This document shows, piece after piece, positions 57,524-64,000 of a stretch of 64,000 bases of DNA. A program made the position numbers and the translations under genes. The stretch lies in the NCBI GenBank assembly GCA_964403155.1, contig CAYOEG010000003.1, positions 21,400-85,399 of the forward strand, in the 5' to 3' direction. Numbering within the stretch: position 1 is the first letter of the stretch; the number at the start of each line of letters is the position of its first letter. This DNA comes from an uncultured Candidatus Saccharibacteria bacterium (lineage in GTDB: Bacteria; Patescibacteriota; Dojkabacteria; SC72). Below the pieces are notes generated by a model. The model worked only from the letters and a program-made list of their open reading frames with translations, made no database searches and had not been told where the DNA came from.

Positions 57524-57622
57524 GACGCTTAGCGTCTACGCAAATCATTAGTACAACAATAACTATATGGGAATTTTACTGTTTTTTAGAAACTATATGC
57601 CCAAATGTGATACAATTTCCTC

Positions 57623-58141
57623 ATGGTACTGCTCAGCATTGATACTATTAAGAAACTTTTGTTAGATAAAAAACTTCAACTTATTGGGGTATATTCGTTG
57701 GCATTTTTAGTTCCATTTATATTCCGACAGCCACAGCTATTGATAGGGAGTATTGTGAACTTCATCCTGATATTTTCTATCTCACGGTTTGAAACTAAGA
57801 AAATTATACCTCTAATATTTATACCCTCTATCGCATCACTCTTAAGTGGGACACTTTTTGGTACTTTTACCCCTTATCTCCTATATATTATCCCTTTTAT
57901 AGCTACCGCAAATTTGATATTCATTCTTTCATTTAAATATATAAAGATTAAATACCTGAGAGTTATATTTTCTGCGTTAATTAAGGCTTCTTTTCTCTTC
58001 TCTTGTGCATATATACTCGTAAATACGCTCCATATTCCTCAAATATTTCTAACAACAATGGGAGAAATACAATTCTTAACAGCAATAATAGGGGCTTTGC
58101 TGTTTGAAGTAATGTTTTCAAAATCTGTTACGGTAAAGTAA
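57623..58141 (+). CDS. Hypothetical polytopic membrane protein (possibly a small-transporter S-component type)
   Basis: Five to six hydrophobic helices in 172 aa. An extended -10, TGATACAAT, sits 8 nt upstream of the ATG, so the mRNA is possibly leaderless. Confidence 0.3.
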   Translation: MVLLSIDTIKKLLLDKKLQLIGVYSLAFLVPFIFRQPQLLIGSIVNFILIFSISRFETKKIIPLIFIPSIASLLSGTLFGTFTPYLLYIIPFIATANLIFILSFKYIKIKYLRVIFSALIKASFLFSCAYILVNTLHIPQIFLTTMGEIQFLTAIIGALLFEVMFSKSVTVK

Positions 58142-58180
58142 TATGATATAAGATATTAAATAATTTATACTGTCTAACCA

Positions 58181-58822
58181 ATGGTAGAGACAAAAAATAC
58201 TGAAGAACAACCAAAGAAGAAAGGGCATGGTTGTTTAATTGCATTTCTGCTTTTTCTTTTCCTAATAGCTGCAGTTGTAGGTGGTGGATATTGGGGATAC
58301 AAGAAACTAACATCTAGTCTTTCAAAGCAAATAGATTTGAATGTTACGTATTCTCAAGAAGATATGGACTTATTAATGAGTAATTTAGGCGCAGATGCAA
58401 ACCCTACATCTTCTTATCCTCATGTAGTAGAGTTAACAATAACAAGCCAACAAGCAACTGCCTTTGTGAATGTATCCACTGAAAGTATGAAGAAAGTATC
58501 TATTAAAGACACGCAGATTAAGTTTAGTGAAGAGAAGGCAGAGATTTCTACTATACTTACATACAAGAGAGAGAGATTTCCCATATATGCCACAGGGAAT
58601 GTATCAAAAGCTACAGATCATACAATATCTGTCAATTTGTATGATGTAAAAATCGGGGATATTAGTATTCCCAAAGCTCTTCAGGATTATGTAGAAACTG
58701 CACTAGAGAGTATGGCAAATTCCAAACTATCTGAATTAGGTGATACTTTAAGAATCGATAATTTTAAATTTACTGATAATGGTCTGCGTGTAGTTGGTTT
58801 AATTCCAAGTGAGGAAAAATAA
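58181..58822 (+). CDS. Hypothetical signal-anchored protein
   Basis: KKGHGCLIAFLLFLFLIAAVVGGGYWGY forms a TM helix; no motif I recognise. Confidence 0.35.
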   Translation: MVETKNTEEQPKKKGHGCLIAFLLFLFLIAAVVGGGYWGYKKLTSSLSKQIDLNVTYSQEDMDLLMSNLGADANPTSSYPHVVELTITSQQATAFVNVSTESMKKVSIKDTQIKFSEEKAEISTILTYKRERFPIYATGNVSKATDHTISVNLYDVKIGDISIPKALQDYVETALESMANSKLSELGDTLRIDNFKFTDNGLRVVGLIPSEEK

Positions 58823-58823
58823 T

Positions 58824-59384
58824 ATGAAGAATACTGCCATAATTTTTGTTTTTCTAGGATTGATCTTTATCGTGATCGTTATCTTTGCATTTATATATCT
58901 TCCTAAGATGGCAGATGCTAATGGTATTGATAACCAGGGAATTGTTTTAGAGATGCCGATAGATGTTACTTTGATGAGGTATTCGAAGGATGGTGTTATT
59001 CCTTTTTGCGTAAATAATAGCAAGGGTATTGATATTCAGGTGAGGGAGAACGCCCCTATACTTTCTCCTCTTTCTGGTGTTCTTTCTGATTACAACACTG
59101 ATTCTGATAGTGTAGTTATACAAGCTTCTTCTAAGGTATTGGCTCGTATTACTAGTGTCAAGGATTTGAATTATGCTGTTGGTGATTATGTTATGGTTGG
59201 TGATATTATTGGTTACGCGGATGGAGAGGATATTCTTTTAGTGCTAGAGAATTTGAAGAATGAGAGATATGAGTGTCCTTTTTTGTATATGGATGACAAT
59301 GGGAAAAAGGTACTTGCAGAGGGTCTTAAGGTTTCTACATATTCAGCAGAGAATATTTGTGATTGTTCCAGTATTGATTTTTAA
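58824..59384 (+). CDS. Hypothetical signal-anchored protein with a weak LytM/M23-like beta-barrel resemblance
   Basis: The start was placed at MKNTAII (58824), preceded by a GAGGA SD. There is a TM helix. SPLSGVL...AVGDYVMVGDIIGYADGE loosely resembles an M23/LytM fold. Confidence 0.3.
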   Translation: MKNTAIIFVFLGLIFIVIVIFAFIYLPKMADANGIDNQGIVLEMPIDVTLMRYSKDGVIPFCVNNSKGIDIQVRENAPILSPLSGVLSDYNTDSDSVVIQASSKVLARITSVKDLNYAVGDYVMVGDIIGYADGEDILLVLENLKNERYECPFLYMDDNGKKVLAEGLKVSTYSAENICDCSSIDF

Positions 59385-59443
59385 GGGGTAGTTTTCAATA
59401 TATATATGATTTATACACGATAGTTAAATAGAAGGGGATAATG

Positions 59444-59449
59444 TATAAT
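59444..59449 (+). promoter_or_regulatory. Candidate -10 hexamer TATAAT for tRNA-His
   Basis: TATAAT lies 12 nt upstream of the G-1 of tRNA-His, the same spacing as at tRNA-Gln. Confidence 0.3.
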
Positions 59450-59461
59450 ACGAAACGATAT

Positions 59462-59539
59462 GGTGGATGTAGCTCAATTGGTTAGAGCACTGGTTTGTGG
59501 CACCAGGGGTTGTGGGTTCAAGTCCCATCTTCCACCCCA
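59462..59539 (+). tRNA. tRNA-His (anticodon GTG) with encoded G-1 and CCA
   Basis: An extra 5' G pairs with discriminator C73, the hallmark of tRNA-His. Anticodon stem CTGGT/ACCAG with loop TTGTGGC; T-arm GTGGG-TTCAAGT-CCCAT; 3' CCA present. Confidence 0.85.
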
Positions 59540-59601
59540 TATTTGACATTTACACCTCCAGTTATTACTATGAATACTAGTAATTTAAATCCTTCTTTAC
59601 T

Positions 59602-60429
59602 ATGAAGCTCTGGCAAAAAATGTTTACGAGTTGCATCATATTATCCCTCCTAACAATAGTAATAGCATACTTAAATCCTATCCTAGACTTTGATGTATCG
59701 AAAATACTCTCCTCTAGTACCACGCTATTCTCCATACTAGTAGGTTTCTTCATTGCATCAGCAATGTCAAACTTCTTACGATTAAAAACCCTCGTAGCCT
59801 CTGAAATGGGAGGACTATACAGTGTATACAAATTCGCATCACTAATAGATGAAAAACTAGGAGAAGAAGTAAAACAAGCAATCGATAAATATGTAACAAC
59901 AGGGTTCCATTGGGAATTAAATAACTATGTAGAAAATACACACAAAGAATTTGATGAAATATTTGATATATTAAAAAAGAGAAAAACCAATCCAGATAAT
60001 AATAAGGAGGAAGTTGCATTAGACTTCTTAATGACAGATCTTGGTTCACTCCCTGCAATAAGAAATGAAATATCATTAGTTGCAAAAACAACACTAAACA
60101 AACTTTACTGGATACTCCTAATCGCATTAGGAGTACTAACCATTTTTGCGCTACTAATGGGTACACAATTCAATTTTACTAGTATCTCTCTTGCCATATG
60201 TGTATCCTCTGCAGTCATATTTTCTTTGCTACTTCTAGACGAGGTCGATAAGAATAAGCTAAATGAATATGACATCGCTTTCAATAACTACAACCAGCTT
60301 CTGATATCTCTTGGAAAACGACCCTATTATTTAGATATAGATATTAAAAGTAAAAGAGTAAAAATTGATAAAACAAAACCATATAGACTTTACAATTCTA
60401 ATACTCATGAAGTAGTAGAGATGAAATAA
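59602..60429 (+). CDS. Hypothetical membrane protein
   Basis: Three to four TM helices (N-terminal and central); no motif I recognise. Confidence 0.35.
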   Translation: MKLWQKMFTSCIILSLLTIVIAYLNPILDFDVSKILSSSTTLFSILVGFFIASAMSNFLRLKTLVASEMGGLYSVYKFASLIDEKLGEEVKQAIDKYVTTGFHWELNNYVENTHKEFDEIFDILKKRKTNPDNNKEEVALDFLMTDLGSLPAIRNEISLVAKTTLNKLYWILLIALGVLTIFALLMGTQFNFTSISLAICVSSAVIFSLLLLDEVDKNKLNEYDIAFNNYNQLLISLGKRPYYLDIDIKSKRVKIDKTKPYRLYNSNTHEVVEMK

Positions 60430-60477
60430 TTCTCTTGCGCCAACTCCTCTCCATCAATATAATGAAAATATATTCAG

Positions 60478-61578
60478 ATGGAAACTACCCTTCCTAATAA
60501 CAATATTGTTCGTAAAATAAAGAAATACAAATTAAACTCCCAGTTACGCAATATCCTTCTCCTAGTCTTTCTTGTACTCTTACTCCTTTCATCAATAGTA
60601 TTTACCTACTATTACACTACACAACAAACTACACAAGACGAAAACAGTCAAACTATTACATATGTAGAAGAAAAGAATGACGATGAGGAAACCGTCACAA
60701 ATAGATATATCCAAGAAGAAAAAGATATAACACCTGAAACCCCATCAACATCAGAAACAGATACAAATGCAAACACAACAACAAAACAAAATACAACAAA
60801 TCAGACAACACAAACTAATGCACCAACAGAAGATCAAACAACTCCAACTAATACACCAACAGATCCCACCCCAGAACCAGAAGTTCCAGAGACACCTAGT
60901 GCCTATGTCGTTTTCTACTCTGATACACAGTCAGATACTACAGAAGAAGACCAAAATCATCAAAGAGTAGTAAACTACATATTAGCAACTGGAGCAAACC
61001 CCGTTTTCCATGCAGGTGATATCATGGAAGATGGAACCCAAGACAGTTTAAATAGATTTAATACTGTAACGACCACACTAAGATCTACAAGAATCTTTTA
61101 CGCTGCACTGGGAAATAACGATAGAGTCGTTGGTGATTCAACTACACCATCACAACTATTCTTAGACAATTTTACATTCCCTAACAACGAAAAATGGTAT
61201 TCGGTAAACTATGGAAATCTCCATATGGTAATACTAGACAGTGCATTCTCCTCTGCCAGTCAAACACAAATAAACTGGCTAATAGCTGATCTACAAAGTT
61301 CAAACTCACAAAACAGAATAACAGGAGTAATGTTCCATCACCCAACATTTAGCAACACAATATCACAATACCTCATAAACTATGGTGTAGATTTTGTAAT
61401 ATCAGGACATACCCATGGATACACACATACTGTATCAAATGGTATAAACTACTTTGTATTAAGTGGACAACCATCGATAGGGTATATGAAGGCAATGGTG
61501 TATGAAAGTAGGGTAGAGATAACGACATACAATACAAATAATGTGGTTATAGAAACAGGAGAATTTTATAAGAGATAG
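60478..61578 (+). CDS. Membrane-anchored calcineurin-like metallophosphoesterase with a Thr/Pro-rich linker
   Basis: TM helix, then a low-complexity T/N/Q/P linker, then the MPP motifs DTQSD, GDIMEDG, GNND, HHP and GHTHGYTH. Confidence 0.65.
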   Translation: METTLPNNNIVRKIKKYKLNSQLRNILLLVFLVLLLLSSIVFTYYYTTQQTTQDENSQTITYVEEKNDDEETVTNRYIQEEKDITPETPSTSETDTNANTTTKQNTTNQTTQTNAPTEDQTTPTNTPTDPTPEPEVPETPSAYVVFYSDTQSDTTEEDQNHQRVVNYILATGANPVFHAGDIMEDGTQDSLNRFNTVTTTLRSTRIFYAALGNNDRVVGDSTTPSQLFLDNFTFPNNEKWYSVNYGNLHMVILDSAFSSASQTQINWLIADLQSSNSQNRITGVMFHHPTFSNTISQYLINYGVDFVISGHTHGYTHTVSNGINYFVLSGQPSIGYMKAMVYESRVEITTYNTNNVVIETGEFYKR

Positions 61579-61588
61579 AAATACAATC

Positions 61589-62104
61589 TTATCCCACTTT
61601 CTCAAGTAGTAATTCACATTGACATCCAAACTTCATTTCTTCATTCATTTTTTGTCCTACTTCTGATTCCGACCATTTATCCCAATCTCGAATATCAATT
61701 TTCAACAATTCTTTCCATGCTTTCTCCTCTAGACCTACCCCTATAAGTACACTAGCATTAAAAACTTCTGGAAAATGTGTTGTTAAAGCTCCTCTTTCAT
61801 AATCTCCAACGCCTGATCCGACACCATGGTATGCATCCTCCTCTTCCGTCTTATGTAATCTATACACAAGAGGTCTGGTATTGCGAGCTAAGGGTGGTAC
61901 TGTGAAAAGAAACAGTTTCTCTTCTCGCATAATTCCGATTATTGCACAAGGAAGCCATTCAGCACCTCTATCAATACCAATAACTCTTCCATCATTTAAA
62001 ACACATATTTCTCCAGGCGTAGGTTCATTATTTCCCATTTCAAGACGCGCAGTTATCCTATAATGAGTTCCGTTTTTTAATTTTTCTATTGAAGGTATTA
62101 GCAT
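61589..62104 (-). CDS. Hypothetical protein
   Basis: 171 aa, soluble, with a GVGSGVGDYERG segment; no family I recognise. Confidence 0.3.
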   Translation of the reverse strand: MLIPSIEKLKNGTHYRITARLEMGNNEPTPGEICVLNDGRVIGIDRGAEWLPCAIIGIMREEKLFLFTVPPLARNTRPLVYRLHKTEEEDAYHGVGSGVGDYERGALTTHFPEVFNASVLIGVGLEEKAWKELLKIDIRDWDKWSESEVGQKMNEEMKFGCQCELLLEKVG

Positions 62105-62213
62105 AAGTTTTAATTTTTAACTTATTTATTATAAACATAAATTATATTATATAAGTTATAAAATCAAGAGCTACATATTCCTTATATTTATTAAACCATG
62201 TATAAATGTATAT

Positions 62214-63338
62214 ATGAAATATATCCTACCCATATTTATAGCTATAATCTTAGCAAGTATATTTCCTACATATCTCCTACAGAATGAGTCAGTTGAAGCA
62301 TCCATAAGCAAAGCACCTCCAACAGTAGAAGAAAAGATATTAAAATATATGACACCTGAGTATAAAGTAGGTCAGCTATTTTTATTTGGAATAAATGGAA
62401 CAGATCTAACATCGGAGACACAAGAATTTCTAACCAAGAATCATATTGGAGGAGTATTACTCTATGGTAAAAATGTTGTCTCTGAAACACAGATTGAACA
62501 ATTCACATCACAGATACAAACTACTAATAAGATACCGCTTTTCGTAGCAATAGACCAAGAGGGCGGAATAGTATCAAGGTTGCAATGGAACAATACACTT
62601 ACAGAAGCACAATCAGAGATGAATACTCCAGAAGATGCATATACTGTTGCAAAAGAGAGAGGTAAATTGCTCAATAGAATGGGTATCAATATGAATCTAG
62701 CACCAGTCGTAGAATATATAACAGATCCGGAATCTTTCATGTATCTTAGAGCTTTTAGAGGTATAAAAGAAATTGTAATACAGAAAGGTGTAGCATCAGT
62801 AAACGGATACAGAGACTCAAACGTAATAGCAGTGCTTAAACACTATCCAGGACATAGCAACGCTTCTCCTGATTCACACTTTGCATTACCCGTGGTTAAT
62901 ATCTCTCCAGAACAATGGGATGAATACATCTCTCCATTTAGCGAAATAATTGGACAAACAACTGTAAGTGGAATCATGGTAGGACATATACAATATCCAC
63001 AGATAGATACATCACCTTCAAGTATTTCAAAAGAGATTCTCTCCACTAGATTAATAAATAATTTGAACTACAAAGGATTAGTCATAACAGATGATATGGA
63101 GATGGGAGCACTAAAAGATATCGATACATATACGAATCTTGCTAAGCAAGCAATTTTAGCAGGCAATGATATCCTAATTTACAGTACTGCAAGTGACACC
63201 GAGACATCTATACAACAAGAAATATACGACTTCATATTACAAGAAGTCATTACAGGGGATTTGAATATTGATAACAAAGTATTAAAAATAATAGAAACTA
63301 AGGTTCAATACGGCATTTACAATCCAATACTTAATTAG
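62214..63338 (+). CDS. Secreted glycoside hydrolase family 3 N-terminal domain protein (beta-N-acetylhexosaminidase NagZ-like)
   Basis: Signal peptide. GH3 motifs are present in AIDQEGGIVSRL, KHYPGHS and ITDDMEMGA. Confidence 0.7.
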   Translation: MKYILPIFIAIILASIFPTYLLQNESVEASISKAPPTVEEKILKYMTPEYKVGQLFLFGINGTDLTSETQEFLTKNHIGGVLLYGKNVVSETQIEQFTSQIQTTNKIPLFVAIDQEGGIVSRLQWNNTLTEAQSEMNTPEDAYTVAKERGKLLNRMGINMNLAPVVEYITDPESFMYLRAFRGIKEIVIQKGVASVNGYRDSNVIAVLKHYPGHSNASPDSHFALPVVNISPEQWDEYISPFSEIIGQTTVSGIMVGHIQYPQIDTSPSSISKEILSTRLINNLNYKGLVITDDMEMGALKDIDTYTNLAKQAILAGNDILIYSTASDTETSIQQEIYDFILQEVITGDLNIDNKVLKIIETKVQYGIYNPILN

Positions 63339-63724
63339 ATTGTATGTTCTTCTCCCTCTGCAGCCATAGCTTCTTCCTTTGTCGCATGTATCGTACCATC
63401 AGGATGATTTGCAGGTGCATAAATGGTATAGAGCTTGAGGTCTTCAGTTTCAGAAGTATTGATAATATTATGCTCTGTACCAGCAGGTATTATTACAACC
63501 ATATCTTCCTTTACTAATGTTTCTTCGCCATTCATTATGACCTTTCCTTCTCCATCTTCAAATCTAAAGAATTGATCAACAGTATCATGTACTTCCATAC
63601 CTATATCTTCAAGTGGTTTAAGAGACATTGCTACTAATTGCATATGTGAACCAGTATAAAGAACCTTTCTAAAATTTGTATTCTCACTAACAACATCTTC
63701 AATATTACTTACATATCCTGTCAT
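63335..63724 (-). CDS. Cupin domain protein
   Basis: A two-motif cupin core: G(S)HMQLVAMSL...HD...E and IPAGTEHNIINTSE. Confidence 0.5.
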   Translation of the reverse strand: MTGYVSNIEDVVSENTNFRKVLYTGSHMQLVAMSLKPLEDIGMEVHDTVDQFFRFEDGEGKVIMNGEETLVKEDMVVIIPAGTEHNIINTSETEDLKLYTIYAPANHPDGTIHATKEEAMAAEGEEHTI

Positions 63725-63816
63725 TATTTAAAAAATAATAATTTAGATATTTATATATTAACATCCAAATGAAGTGAATTGAAGAATGCAAGAACCCATA
63801 GTATAATATCTGTCTT

Positions 63817-64000
63817 ATGAGCACAGAACAATTATTAGACCAATCAACAAATATAACGGAAGAAACTATTAGGCGGCTACCAAGTCTTTCATATTCTCAA
63901 TCAACAACACGCACACAAATAGACCAACAAGAAATTCAAGTTTACGGTATCCTAAATCCAATTGAAGAAGTAGCAAAATACAGAACAATAATTCCTGACA
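63817..64000 (+). CDS. Hypothetical protein, partial (runs off the window end)
   Basis: Open frame from the ATG at 63817 to the window end (MSTEQLLDQSTNITEETIRRLPS...). TATAAT at 63802-63807 lies 10 nt upstream, so the transcript may be near-leaderless. Confidence 0.25.
   Translation, partial: MSTEQLLDQSTNITEETIRRLPSLSYSQSTTRTQIDQQEIQVYGILNPIEEVAKYRTIIPD

Noticed and set aside
57623-58141. Calling the 172-aa membrane protein an ECF-transporter S component (BioY/RibU-like)
   Set aside because: Only the size and number of helices fit, and no family signature is recognisable by eye. It is left as hypothetical.

Overview
This is a low-GC (about one-third GC) bacterial chromosomal segment. It is densely coded, has short intergenic gaps, and many genes lack an obvious Shine-Dalgarno sequence. 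The gene content fits a small-genome anaerobic fermenter of the candidate-phyla-radiation (CPR)/Patescibacteria type. That assignment is inferred from gene content only; no search was possible.

Housekeeping and repair genes:
- dnaE, uvrC, uvrB, mutL, rsmI, lexA, rplS, gpmI, trxB, map.
- A HelD-like SF1 helicase next to a sigma-70 factor with a long N-terminal extension.
- A compact RecD/Dda-like helicase.

Anaerobic nucleotide metabolism:
- An nrdR-nrdD-nrdG operon (class III ribonucleotide reductase).
- The glycyl-radical loop of NrdD appears to sit in a separate 46-aa ORF that the ORF track missed.

Fermentative energy module:
- A two-subunit 2-oxoacid:ferredoxin oxidoreductase (gamma-alpha fusion plus beta) followed by ADP-forming acetyl-CoA synthetase.
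- Next to these, a minimal [FeFe]-hydrogenase H-domain-like protein with a non-canonical active-site motif.

Cell envelope and surface:
- A partial Ig-like-repeat surface protein.
- A transglutaminase-like secreted protein, a LemA/DUF2207 pair, a DegT/FemAB pair, and a GH3 NagZ-like enzyme.
- A locus in which a thioredoxin(CPHC)-CcdA fusion precedes two giant paralogous Cys-rich secreted proteins. These proteins share a near-identical tract of about 194 bp, which looks like gene conversion.

Other features:
- Four tRNAs: Gly-TCC, Gln-TTG, Pro-TGG and His-GTG.
- Two clean rho-independent terminators.
- A 61-aa lysine-rich histone-H1-like protein.
- A cluster of five GGTATAC palindromic heptamers immediately upstream of lexA, which I read as a candidate operator array.
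- Paired palindromes upstream of nrdR that look like NrdR boxes.

No CRISPR array, rRNA gene or obvious transposase was seen. All calls rest on reading motifs by eye, and every coordinate should be treated as approximate to within a few bases.
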